From Camelus ferus (lineage: Eukaryota), in NCBI RefSeq assembly GCF_009834535.1, contig NC_045696.1, positions 19,222,001 to 19,286,000 of the forward strand: a DNA stretch of 64,000 bases, given 5' to 3'. Positions 49,696-62,550 of this stretch are shown piece by piece. The notes beneath the pieces were generated by a model, which worked only from the letters and a program-made list of their open reading frames with translations, did not search any database and had not been told where the DNA came from. The translations under genes were made by a program, and so were the position numbers. Each line of letters begins with the position of its first letter. Positions within the stretch are counted from its first letter, which is position 1.

Positions 49696-50994
49696 GGAGT
49701 CCTTGGTTTCATCTACCCCAGTTTTCTCCTTTTTCTATAGAAGCACGCCACAGCTCAGTCTTCAGATTCTAACAGTAGTGAAATAAAAACCTGAAAATGT
49801 ATTAGGATCAAATAACGGACAATGACAAATGTTAGAAAAAATAAATTGGACTTAATTTGTTAAACAGTGTAGAGCCACTGAAAACTTTTAAAAAGCCTTC
49901 AGGCAAAACTCTGAGTTTAAATCCCAGGCTCTAGTCAATTAAAGATAACCAGAATGATCATTTCATTAATTAAAGTCTTACTATTTGTGTATGGACGGTG
50001 TTAAGCTGTGAATCACTTAACAGAAGGAACTCTGAAATCAAAATGATAGAATATCAGCTGTGGTCATTAACTCTTCAGCTAGCATTAAACAGCAAGAGGG
50101 GAAAAGGAAGTGGCTTAAAACTAAGAGGGTATGATAGCCATTTAAAGTGACCTCCAGGAGTGTAAAAGACACAGAACAAAATGCATTAAAGATAAGATGA
50201 GGGAAACATAACTGAAGAGGAGAATAATTTTTAAAATGCAAAAATACAGGATGTGCAGTTGTGGCAGATACATAGCTAAGTGTCATAGCAGATAACAAAC
50301 TAGCCATAATCACTGATGTAGCTCCAGGGAAAGCAAATACAGCACTGAATTCTAAGTAGAAGCAGTGCACCTGGAGATGATGCAGTGGCTCTTAGATTAC
50401 ATTCTCAGTGTTTTGTCTCTTTTTTTAACACTCTGCAATCATGAAGCTTTGTAGAAAATGTGGGGCAGGTTGGCAGAAAGGAAATATACTCTATTAAATG
50501 GTTGATTAATTAGTTCAATAAAGGAAGAATAAATAAGTGACCATGCTGAAGGGTGACCAAGAGTTATGTTCTGCAGAGGGTGGTGTCCAGGCAACTTCCA
50601 CCAAACTCTATTCTTTAGAAGGAATTAAAAGAGTAACATGGTAGACACCTATGATAGTGGATTTATTAATACCTTAAAATATATATCAGCATGAATTGCT
50701 TTCAAAACAGAAATAAAAATTGATTATAACTTTCTTTGAAGGATTTAAGTAAAATTCTATTAAATAGGAAATGATATATTAAATATCTTTTTGATTACTC
50801 TTATCCAATGTAAACATTTTGACACAATCATTCTTAATATTGGTTTGACAAACTGATTTTGAAAAAGCAACATTGTTCAGTGTATATACTTATACATAGA
50901 GAAAATGACAGTGGTGTGGGGAAAGAGAGAAACTAACACTGAGGCAAACTTGACACAATGGAATGAACGCCAGCCTCGTAAGTGATCTTAAAAA

Positions 50995-51225
50995 TGGTGA
51001 TAATGGGTGTTACCAGTGGATTCTCTGCTGGGAACCATGCTGATCACTTTTTATGCTTAATCACAGAATTCTCTTGGTGATCCTATGGATAGACAGTATC
51101 ATCATTCTCAATTTTAAATAGGGAAATAGGCTTAATATGATCAAGCAGCTGGCCCATACTCACATACTAGGATGTAACCTATTCTATGTTGGACATCAGA
51201 ATATATGTTCTTAACCATATATTAT
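50995..51225 (-). mobile_element. MIR
   Basis: ATCCTATGGATAGACAGTATCATCATTCTCAATTTT..GGAAATAGGCTT..GCCCATACTCACATACTAG..TTCTTAACCAT. Confidence 0.6.
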
Positions 51226-51422
51226 ACTAGAGTATCAGTCTCAAGAAAGCAGCAGAGTCAGGTTGTTTTATTTTTTTTCCCTATATCCCCAATGTTAAGC
51301 ACATGATGTTACTTAAATATTTGTTGAAATAATGTTACAAATTGAAAATTTTGGAAAAACATGTTGAGATAAGATAAAGATGCTAAAGAATCTATGTAAA
51401 GATTATAACACATTTCTTAGTG

Positions 51423-51818
51423 GTATATGGACTGAATTGTTTCCCAGAAATTCATATGTTAAATCCCTAACCCTCAGTGTGATTGTATTCGGAGACAGGC
51501 TTTTTAGGAGATAATTAAAGTAAATGAGGTCACGAGGCTGGGGCCTTACCCCAGTAGGACTGGTGCCCATTTAAGAAGAGGCAGGGACACCAGAGATCTT
51601 CCTCTCTCCACAAGCACGGATATGAAAATGTCACATGAGGACGCAGCAAGAAGGCAGCCATTGGCAAGGCAGGGAGAGAGCTTGCACCAGGACCTGAACC
51701 TTGCCAGAACGTTGAGCTTGGACTTTCCAGCCTCTACAAGTGTGAGAAAATTACTTTCTGTTATTTAAGTCACACAGTCAGTGGTATTTTTTAATGGTGA
51801 CCTGAACGGACTAAGACA
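51423..51818 (+). mobile_element. MaLR solo LTR (MLT1A-like)
   Basis: TATGGACTGAATTGTTTCCCAGAAATTCATATGTT..TTGGACTTTCCAGCCTC..GACTAAGACA. Confidence 0.9.
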
Positions 51819-54735
51819 GTAGCTTTAATTGAAAAGGACTGTCCTAAAAATCATATAGTTTATAATGTCAGGTTAATAGGATGGGAGTTAAAATGCAGAC
51901 CTTAGCACCACAAAGGGTAAAGTCAGAGAAGAGGTGATGAGGATACTGGCTGTTTGGAGAGAGTGTGACTTTAAAGACGTTCTTCCCTTTGTTATTCACC
52001 TCTTAACAGACAGGGGAGCTCTGTTATTGTTGTTGTCATTATTGTCACTGCTGTTTGTTTAAATCTGGGAGAGACATAATTCTGAATTATCTCTCTGTGT
52101 TTTTATTTTTGATATATTGCCTTCTGAGGATGCTAAACAGATCATATTTTTCAATATTCATGTATAATGTATGATGATTGCATATTTGCAGGAAAAAATA
52201 GCATAGAATTAGGACCACAGAATATCTATTGAGGTGGAAACACTAAGAAAATCCCGTTATAGAAGTGTCTTCAGTGTCATTTTTTTTAATATTCTATTTT
52301 TTTCATTTCTGATATCATTTCAGTCCATGGTCTTAGTTGAGAGAAACTAGCCTTCATTGTAAGAGACTAACCTGAGGATTGGCCTTCTTTAATTCAGTGC
52401 TCAAATAGGAATTTGATTAATTCAGAATTTTTTTAAAAAAAGTGAGAATTGGTTTGTGTTTATTTAAGATTATACAATGACCTAAAAACTGGAAAACACA
52501 AATTCACCATAATGTCATATCCTTGATTAGTCTTTTGAGTTATTCACTTTCAGTTGCAAAAGGTTTAAATGAGAAAACGACAACAACAAAAATTACATTA
52601 ATTTCTTTTTGAAAAAAGCACTGAAGAATTAGAAGTGATTATAAATTAAAAATGTAGTAATAGTTTACATGGAGAAAGATTTCTCTAAAATCTGAATTTA
52701 TTGATATTTAGTTTTATATTCTAAACTATGATTTGATCTTCTATGTCCCTCATGCATAATTTATTTTTTGAGGAGAAAGACTTATAATTATAATGTGCTA
52801 TCTGATCCAACATTTTAAAAAATGTTCCTCATCATTTCCTGCAGAAATAGGGTGAGAATAGAGCCTTCACTAATTATAACTATGGCAAATAATATTTGAT
52901 TATGACTTTTTAAAATGTTCTATTTTAATTCTTAATTATTTAACATTATTGGAAATTTTTACTGTTTTCTGTCTTTAACAGTTAAGCATCCCTGAACTTC
53001 ATTTCCTTATGTATATTTTGGAAAAAAAAAAAAAAAAAACTAGCAGCAATATGGCAGACAGTACTGACAAGAGAAGTTCCCCTTCTGTTCAAACACATAA
53101 AACCCTTCATAGAAAGAACATATTTTAGTGCATAACAAAGTTTTCAACACATAGCAACACAATATTTACAATTTCACTACAAGAATAATAAAACATGTGC
53201 TACTAGAAAACTACCAGAGCTTATCAATGAATTCAGTAAAGTTGATAGGTACAAAATTAACATACAGAAATCTGTTGCATTTCTACACACTAACAAGAAA
53301 ATATCAGAAAGAGAAATTAAGGAAACAGCCATATTAACCATTGCTTCAAAAAGAATAAAATACCTAGTAATAAACCCACCTAAGGAGGCAAAAGACCTAT
53401 ACTCAGAAAACTATAAAATTCTGATGAAAGAAATTAAAGATGACATAAACAGATGGAAAGATACACAATGTTCTTGGATTGGAAAAATCAATATTGTTAA
53501 AATGATCACACTATCCAAGGTAATCTACAGATTCAGTGCAAACTCTATCCAATTACCAATGGCACTTTTCACAGGACTAGAACAAAAAATTTTTAAAATA
53601 TGTATGGGAACACAAAAGACAGTGAATAGCCAAAGTAATCTTGAGAAAGAAGAATGGAGCTAGAAGAATCATGCTCCCTCACTTCAGACTATACTACAAA
53701 GCCACAGTAATCAAAACAGTATGTTACAGCATCAAAGCAGACATATAGATCAATGGGACAGGATGGAAAGCCCAGAAATAAACTCACACATTTATGGTCA
53801 ATCCATCTATGACAAAGGAGGCAAGAATATACAATGGAAAAAAGACAGTCTCTTCAATAAGTGGTTCTGAGAAAACTGGACAGCTACATGTAAAACAATG
53901 AAATTAGAACATTCTCTAACACCATATACAAAATAAACTCAAAATGAATAAAGGACTAAATATAAGGCTGCATATTCTAAAATTCCTAAAGGAAAATATA
54001 GGCAGAACACTCTTTGGTACAAATCACAGCAATATCTTTTTGGAACTGCCTCCTAGAGAAATGGAAATAAAAACAAAAATAAACAAATAGGACCTGATTA
54101 AATGTAAAAACTTTTCCACAGCAAAGGAAACCATAAAGAAAACAAGAGGACAACCTATGAAATGGGAGAAAATATTTGGGATGGATGCTACTAACAAGGG
54201 ATTAATTTCCAAAATATACAAACAACTTACACATCCTAATATCAAAAACAAACAAACAAAAAACAATGAAAAAAAGGGCAGAAGACCTAAGTAGACATTT
54301 CTCTAAAGAAGACATACAGATGGCCAACACTCACATGAAAAGATACTCAATATCACAAATTATTAGAGGAACGCAAATCAAAACTACAATGAGGTATCAC
54401 CTCACAACAGTCAGAATGACCATCATCATCCAAAAGTTGATGAATAATAAATGCAGGGGAGGTTGTGGAGGAAAAGGAACCTCCCTACACTGTTGGTGGG
54501 AGTGTAAATTGGTGCAGGCTCTATGAAGGACAGTATGGAGGTTCCTTAAAACACTAAAAATAAACTTACTATATGATCCAGCAATCCCACTCCTGGGCAT
54601 ATATCTAGAGGGAACCTTATTTCAAAAAGATACATACACCTAATGTTCATACCAGCACTATTTACAATAGCCAAGATATGAAAGCAACCTAAATGTACAT
54701 CAACAGATGAGTGGATAAAGATGTAGTGTATGTAT

Positions 54736-54782
54736 ACACACACACACACACACACGCATGCACGCATGCACACACACACACA
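54736..54782. repeat. Interrupted (CA)n microsatellite in L1
   Basis: Directly visible. Confidence 0.9.
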
Positions 54783-55150
54783 ATGGAATATTACTCAGCC
54801 ATAAAAAAGAATGAAGTAATGACATTTGCAGTAACATGGATGGACCTCGAGATTATCATAGTAAGTGAATAAGTCAGACAGACACAAATATCATATGATG
54901 TCACCTATATGTGGAATCTTAAAACATGATACAAATGAACTTACAAAATAGAAATAGACTCACAGACATAGAAACAAACTTATGATTAGAAAAGGGGAAA
55001 TGTGGCAAGAGAGGGATAAATTAGGAATTTGATATTAACAGATACATGCTACTATATACAAAATTGGTAAGCAACAGGTTCTACTGTATAGCACAGGGAG
55101 CTACATTTAACATCTTATAATAACCTGTAATGGAAAAGAATCTGGGAAAC

Positions 55151-55177
<27 letters not shown>
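55151..55177. repeat. (TA)n microsatellite in L1 3'UTR
   Basis: Directly visible. Confidence 0.95.
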
Positions 55178-55181
<4 letters not shown>

Positions 55182-57396
55182 AACTGAATCGCTTTGCTTT
55201 ACACCTGAAACTAACACAATATTGTAAATTAACTATAGTTTAATTAAAAAATAGTTTAGAAAAACATGTCCTTTTAGTCTTATACATAAAACACTAATTA
55301 TTTTTCAACTTATTCAGTTTGAAAATGTAGTGAGTAGTGGACATGTAAAGATTGAAACATAATTAAAATATATTCGTTAAAATATAAAATGCATATCATA
55401 CTCTCAAAAATTGAGATAAAAATTAACAATTTTATTTTAGAAGAAGGGATTATACACAGATTTCATAGTTCATCACAAACACACTAGAGACATATAAAGT
55501 CTGGAATATCATTTTTATAGCCCAAGTAGAATATCTTAGTGTAAAATAATTTTAAATAGCACACTATGCTACACTCATGGGCTAAAAAAGACCATCTCAA
55601 TTTTTATTAGCTGTGTAGCCTGTGCAAATTCAGAGCTTATTTTGAAAATGTCATTTTCAAAGTGAACATTTTTTTTTGTTTATTTAAAACCACAACAGCC
55701 AAATTGTCATTCAGAAATGAATCATTTCTGTAGCAAATTCCATTTTTGAAATGTGTATCTGATAGAACCCCTACAGTTGAATTTCACTGAAATTTTTGAA
55801 CTCTTAGGTTGCATTATTTGAGTCTCTGAATCTTAGTAAGCTTTTACAGACACATTTTTTGCTGTTTGAGTAGCACTTCCCATCCATGTTAATGAATATC
55901 TTTACAACATAACTTGTAAAGAACCATTCCATCCATTAAATTAGATGGGACTTTTTAGCATCATCTTGAATAAAAAAAGATGCATCAGCTGTTTTCAAGC
56001 ACTTTTAAATATCAGATATGTAACTTCTAGACTGCAGAATGAAGTTGGCAGAACTCAAATAAAACTGCTCTTGATATTTTCAGGTAGGCTTTTCTAAGAC
56101 TAGTGTCACTGGAGAGGGCAAAGGTTAAACAAAAAAGGAAATGTTTACAAATTTGAGGAAAAATAAGAAACACTTAGTAAATATGTTTACAGCCAAAATG
56201 TGTGGAAAGGAATATCAAACACATCTGTTTAAAGGATAAAGAAAGTTTTAGCGTAAATACAATGACCTTGAGCAGATTCAGGCAAAGGCAGACTTAAAAA
56301 TATGTGCTAAGACGTATCTTTCATAAAGTGTTGCACTGCAGTTTTTCCAGGAACTTGAGGAATATTAAGAAAAATTTTAAACATAACTAAATTTGAGAAT
56401 TCATCTTGCTAAATTGAGAGGGCTCTGGGAAGTAAATTTATATAACTGGAAGAAAAAAAGATCTAATAGTTCCTGTTGTGTAAGAAAATGCTACTTTCAA
56501 GTATTTTTTATAAAAAAGAGAAAAATTTTGCAGAACATTTCTACTTCTTCAATATTAATAAAGATATTGTGTTTGAATAATAAAAATGATTGACTCTTAA
56601 CATTTACCAAGTTAAACTAATGGAAAAATTAATAGAATAAATATGTTATTACACCATGTTTTACGAATCTACCTTCCAAATATTTAAATTGAATAACAAT
56701 AGAGCCCAGAATGTAAAAAAATTGAATACAGGTAATAGACAGCTTCTTTCCCTCAGTAAATCTAATGACAAGTGAATTATGTTTTTGTGAAAGCAGCTGA
56801 AATTTCTCTGTTTCAGAGGCTTTGGAATAATGCATCAGAAAAGTGATGGAAAACAAGTGTCTCCCATACCATAAACTTATGGCAACATAAAATACATTGT
56901 GAAGTCATCCTCTGGACATCAATAAAAAATATATCAAAATGTCTGTATGTGTTTTATGTTCCCAATTCTGCCAAAAGCACATTCTGCTATAAACCACCAA
57001 AATGTGACCAAGTTTCAATTAAGTATGTCTTATATTTTATGTACATTTCGTTATTCAGCTGGCGTTGAGATGCAAATTAGATATAGTCAATATATTCTTC
57101 CTAACTCTATCGATTTTAAAAGATCAGATAAAAATATGAGAACTTAAACGATTGTATATAGTTAGCCTCATTTTAGACTTGACAACTAAATCTCTAGTCT
57201 CCTCAAAGTATTTCTATTCTAAAAAAACTAAATTGCTTTCTAATTCATCATAGTAGCCTGGTTTCACCTGATATCAAGACAGCACATAATATTAGGCATT
57301 AATTTAAGGCCTTACTCCACAAAGCACATTTTACTTCTTTTATTAAGCTATTTTTAGATTAAGTGACCATATTTTTGCAGTAACTGAGGTAAAATG

Positions 57397-57707
57397 CAGA
57401 TTCATAGACATTTATCTGTGATTACAAAACCCAAAAACTTCTGAAAGCTGAAAATATCTTCGCAACTCAACGAGCAATGACCTTCTTTGTATTCACTTAG
57501 AAAATGAATAGATTTGAGGTTATTTATAGTTATTCTTTCCCATTTGGTGTGATACTAATAGGAGTTTCTGTGAACGTAAAATTATGCTTGATCACAGACC
57601 CCACTAGGAGTGTTATATGTACACATATGTGCATAAAATATCTCCAAAATTCTAAATTTTAAAACATATCTGGTTTCATGATTTTCAGAAAAGACTATGG
57701 ATATGTG
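57397..57707. mobile_element. TcMar-Tigger-type MITE
   Basis: Degenerate terminal inverted repeats CAGATTCATAGACATTTATCTG / CAGAAAAGACTATGGATATG, with internal CCAAAAACTTCTGAAAGCTGAAA and AAACATATCTGG motifs. Confidence 0.55.
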
Positions 57708-57720
57708 TAAAGATTTAAGA

Positions 57721-58627
57721 ACGTTGATTGATTTGCATATGTTTGACTATGTTTGCATCCCAGAGGTAAATCCTTCTTGGTCACTGTAAATCCTTTTAAC
57801 AGTGCTGTTGAATTCAGTGTGCAAGTGTTTTATTGAGGATTTTTGCAACTATGTGCATCAGGGATATTGCCCTGTAGTTTTCTTGCAGTATCTTTGTCTG
57901 GTTTTGGTATCAGGGGGCAGCCAGTCTCCTAAAATGCGTTTGAAGGCTTTTTTCTCCTTCCATTTTTTAAAGAGTTTAAGAAGGATTTATACTAATTATT
58001 CTTTGAAAATTGGGTAAAATTCACCAGTGGAACCATAAGGTCATGTGTTTTTCTTTGTTGGAGTGCTTTTGATCACTGATTTAACCTTTTTATTGTTACT
58101 GGTCATTCCAAGCTTCCATTTCTTCTTGATTCAGAAAAATGATGCATACACAATAGAGTATTATTCAGCCTTATAAAAGAATGAAATCCTGCCATTTGTA
58201 ACAACATGAATAAGCTGGAAGGACAATATATTAAGTGAAATAAACCAGATGCAGAAAAACAAATATTGCATAATCTCACTTATGCAGAATCTAAATTAGT
58301 CAAAGGTCTAGAGCAAAGAGTAGACTGGTTCTAGTAACTGAGGGTGAGGGGGAAAAGGGAAAATGTTGGTCAAGCTGTAAAAAGTTTCAGTTATGCAAAT
58401 AAATATGTTCTAGAGCTGAATGTTGGAATATAGTTAATAATACAGTGTTGCATACTTGAAAATTGTTGAGAGAAAATCCTGTTTTCTTACCACAAAAAAA
58501 GAAAATAGTAAACATAGGAGGGGATATTATGTTAATTAACTTGATTGTGATGATTATTTCACAATGGGTTGGCTTACTAAATTATCAAGTTGTACACTTC
58601 AAATATATACAATTTTTAATTGTACCT
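57721..58627 (+). mobile_element. Old L1MA-type insertion: antisense ORF2 piece (57721-58134) joined to sense 3'UTR (58135-58627)
   Basis: Antisense TTGATTGATTTGCATATG..TTGAGGATTTTTGCAACTATG..AATTCACCAGTGGAACCA; sense TATTATTCAGCCTTATAAAAGAATGAAATCCTGCCATTTG..ATCAAGTTGTACACTTCAAATATATACAATTTT. Confidence 0.85.
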
Positions 58628-59039
58628 AGAAAAGAAAGAAAACATAGGACAATATTCTGGAGTAAGTAAATAAAAGGACCTAAAGTGTTTCTCATAGTCC
58701 TCCATTCTGAGCTCTTTGCAGCAACATCAAAGCTATAAAGAACCTCTCTGAACTTGGACCTGCAACTCCTACTGCCCTTGCAGGAAGTCATATCTGTTTG
58801 GATGTCATCATACCTACTATTTCACTTGTTGCCTAGTCTCATTCTCCAAATTTGGAACCTGGGATTATACCAGTGCCCTCTCTTCTGAAGTGGTAGAAAT
58901 GAGCTCTTGTGCTGTAATTTGTTGGAAGGAAGTGTTGCCCTGTACCCATAGTCAGAATTTTCCAAAAAATGTAGCTCATGATCTGACCATGCTAGCCTGA
59001 GCTTGGATCACTGCAGGAGCCATCAGACTGGTCAACCTT

Positions 59040-59637
59040 TGTCAACTCTTGTACCCTTACATTCCCTTCGTAATAAAGCAATTGATATGCCATGCCATTC
59101 TTTTGCTTAGAACCTTGCAGTGGTTCTCATGTTCACCCAGAGTAAAATATAAATTCCTTCTGATGACCCAAAGGTGCTTTTTGTCCTCATGCATTGCTTC
59201 TAAGACCTCCTGTCTTTTGACTCAGTCTCCCATCCTCTCCACTCCAGCTAAATTGCCCTCTGAAGGGCTGTTTTTTCACACAGATTAAGGATTTGGCTCA
59301 GAAAACTTCCTCTACCTGAAGTGTTGTTTCTCAAAATATCCACCTGGTGAACTTCCTCACCTCCTTCAATTCTTTGCTAAAATGTCACCTTTTACATGAA
59401 TGCTGTTGACTACCCTTTCCAAATTTCAGCAGCCCCTAAACTCATTCTCTGTACTCCAAGTCCCCCTTAATCTTCTCCATTTTCTTTTGCATAGTACATA
59501 GAATCATTTGACACACTACACAATTTATTTAATAATCACAATGATAATAGGAAACTTTATCTGTATGTCAAGTTCATGTAATAGTTTTTATTTATACAGT
59601 AGGCATCCACTAAATACTTTTTGTACAAATGAATGAT
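59040..59637 (+). mobile_element. L2 (L2a-like) 3' region
   Basis: TGCTTAGAACCTTGCAGTGGTTCTC..CAGAGTAAAA..CCTCACCTCCTTCAATTCTTTGCTAAAATGTCACC..GTAGGCATCCACTAAATAC..AATGAATGA. Confidence 0.8.
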
Positions 59638-60991
59638 TAATATATGATATTGGTGTTGACTTAATTCAGCTGTAAGTTTAGAAAATGTTGGATTATTAGG
59701 GAAAACTTTGAAGAAAAGGAAATCTAGAGTTCTGTTTACTGTTCAGCTTGTAATTGACTATCTAGCTTTGGACAAATTACTTAATATGGGCTTCAGTGAT
59801 ATAATCTACTATAACAATAACATAAAGAAGAGAATTAGACTAGTAAATTTCTGGTTTTCCTTCCGTCTCATTTTCCATACACTCACTCCATAATTTCCCA
59901 TAAAAAATATAGGAAAAAGTGCCCAAAAATCAGTTTACAAATATTTGCAATTCATGGACTACAGCAGGGATTGAATAAATAACTGTTGAATAATTGCATG
60001 TATGTATGGATGAAAATTGTTATGTGTACCATTTTAAATATTCAAATGTTAAGCTTATGAGTGTGGAATTCCGGGACTACATAGAGATTAGAGAGGCACA
60101 GCCAGCTCTCCCATTGTGTGAGCATAGAAAAAGGGCCAACAACTATGTAAAAGTCATTGATGGATCGCATTCTACTAAGTGCGGTGAGCAACAATGCTTG
60201 TGGGACTGTGGAAAGGACACTTATGGAAGTGTGCCATGCCTGGGAAATTCTTTGTCTTGTTAGTCTTAAAAATGCATCTGTAGTTGGAAATGGATAGTGA
60301 CCTTCAAGAAATAAAAGGTGACCTAAGCTTTCACTATCTTACTCTGAGGAGACTAAGATACTAGTCCAAGCAGATATTTTGCCAACAATTAGTCCATGTG
60401 CTATTTTTCTAAAAATGTCACAGTGTCTGTCTTTAAAACAGATGATGACACGATAGCACATGAATTTGTATTTTCACAACCAAGATGAAAAATAATTGAA
60501 TTCCACCTGCCAACAATCCATAAGACCCTTGAAAAGTTAGGCAAATGTTATTTTAACTATATTGATAAGTAGTCTAAAAATTAATTGGACTTGTCTAAAT
60601 ACTATAATCAGAAATATCTTGATTCAGAATTAGTGGTTTTGTGTTAATATGATTAGCCCTGCTATAGGTAAAAACAATCACTAGAGATAAATTCATTTAA
60701 ATATATTACATTTATTCACATGGGTCCTGTCAACTTTGTCAAATCAGAAAGAAAGGGGAAAATCCAAGGCAATTTGAGACAATAAAAATGCAGTGGAAAT
60801 TTGAAACAAAATTTGAGTTAAGCCAAGTCCATAATTTATGATTTTATTGTATCAGTGGGATAGAAAGTAGTAGGGGAAAGAACACTGAATGAAGTCAAAA
60901 TATCTGGGTTTTAGAGGTTCAGAAAGGACAGCAAGGCAAGTGATTCAGAAATAGATATGAGCCACCTGAGGATAAAACAGAAGTGATGCGG

Positions 60992-61010
60992 GCAGCCCTC
61001 TAGTGGGTCT
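60992..61010 (-). promoter_or_regulatory. Candidate CTCF-binding motif
   Basis: Minus strand AGACCCACTAGAGGGCTGC matches the core CCASYAGRKGGC exactly, in non-repeat DNA. Confidence 0.45.
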
Positions 61011-61701
61011 GTTGTATGCTATCACACGCAGCAACCTAAAGGACCCGTGGAGAGCTGTTCACACCCACCCACCACACAGTGGGACAGGAAACCAGTCAGA
61101 GTAAACATCTATCTTCCTTAAAATGATAATAACCCTGGAGAGAAAATGTATTCAAAGTCAAGAAACCTGTATTCTACACTTAAGAATGTCCCATATAAAA
61201 ATGTATCATTAAACAAGCAACTTAAGAATTCAATCCCTTTTTCTAAATTAAAAAAAAAAAATCTTAATTTAAATGTTATTGTAGACACCAACAGTGCTTT
61301 TTATGCATAAACAGTGATGACTGCCATGGGCCCTAAAGTACAATAGATACAAATAGAAATATTTGATTCTTCTCTATGGAAGTAAGTGATCAGTTGATGA
61401 TAATTAATTTACAATGTTATTTTCCCAGCTCTCCACACTTTCCAATATCTCGGCTAAAAATCTTTTCTCAGGCTCTTGAAAAGCAGACTGATTTCTTCCT
61501 TTAATCCTTTCACACCCAGAACAGTGCCAGACACCAGATAGAAACTCAATAAACACATGTGGAACTAAAGTAAACTTTGATTATCCTCGGAATGTCCCCC
61601 AATGTCAACGTCAGAACTGCTTCTGCAAAATAGCCAGGCGTTCCCTTTACATGGTAAAAAATAGAAAGACTTTAGCAAGTCTGCATGAATATTTTTAACT
61701 G

Positions 61702-62217
61702 TGTTTCTTAGTTTGGGTTCCCAAGGATAATGCTGGAAATAATGACTTGAGTGCAAGCAGGTGTTGGGGTGACACTAGAGCAGCAGTGAAGGACAGGCAG
61801 ATGGAGACGGGAAAGGAGGAAAATTACAACAAAAGATGAACGATTAATATCATCATTGCTGTAAGCATCTGGGACCAGAACCCTCTAGAGACCCTCTGAA
61901 GAATGGTGTAAAATAGACTTTAGATTCGTCCTGCAAAATATAGGAAGTTGGGACATTTATCCATCGACTCTCATCCTTAGTGCACAAGTGTGTTCCCGGT
62001 AATCTTAATGTTCTTGAACTTCTGTGAGGGACATTCAGGAGGGTTGAGTGTCCCAGTACAACTTTAGAAAAATGCATAAAGCAGAAACACAGAGAAGTAG
62101 CACATAGCACTCTTTAGGTGGAACAGTCAGCCTACAAGATACGTCCACCAAGGCTGTCATGCAAATGAACATATGCAGAAGTGATGTGATGTGGGTCATA
62201 AAAAAGTATATGCTGCA
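61702..62217 (-). mobile_element. ERVL LTR (LTR33-like)
   Basis: TCTTAGTTTGGGTTCCC..GACTTGAGTGCAAGCAG..GAGACGGGAAAGGAGG..GGTGTAAAATAGACTTTAGA matches the antisense LTR33 pattern. Confidence 0.7.
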
Positions 62218-62404
62218 CCAAGATAGTTCATAATATTATACTTTTAAAATATTATAAACGTGTGAATGAAAACATAGTCTTAGTAACTTAAATGCTCAAT
62301 AATGTATTATAAAATACATATAAACCATCTCTATAAATGATGGACTTTCAAGTGTGCTTCCTATGTGTTTTTACATAAAGCACATTTCAGAAGATATATA
62401 GTGC

Positions 62405-62550
62405 ATTTGTTCATTAACTTATTCATTCATTCAATCTATATGTATTGAGGAATAACTATAGTCAGGCACTGTTCCAGGCAAAAAGGAAAAATTTAGAAAT
62501 ACAACAAATAAGAAACTGTCTTCCTTATCTAGGTTTCTATTTGATGGGGA
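62405..62550 (-). mobile_element. L2 3' end
   Basis: ATTCATTCATTCAATC..TATTGAG..TACTATAGTCAGGCACTGTTCCAGGCA. Confidence 0.75.

Larger units (their letters stand above)
53202..55260 (+). mobile_element. 5'-truncated L1 (cetartiodactyl type): disrupted ORF2 C-terminal third plus 3'UTR, TSD-flanked
   Basis: ORF2 peptides KEIKDDINRWKDTQCSWIGKINIVKM and [25 protein letters not shown], broken by stops and frameshifts. TSD AAAACATGTGCT (53190-53201) / AAAACATGTCCT (55261-55272), 11/12 identical. Confidence 0.95.

Noticed and set aside
53424..54779. Several 67-86 aa ORFs
   Set aside because: Fragments or antisense frames of a dead L1 ORF2; not retrotransposition-competent.
59994..60263. 89-aa Cys-containing ORF in unique DNA
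   Set aside because: TTG start, no convincing splice acceptor, no recognisable motif spacing.
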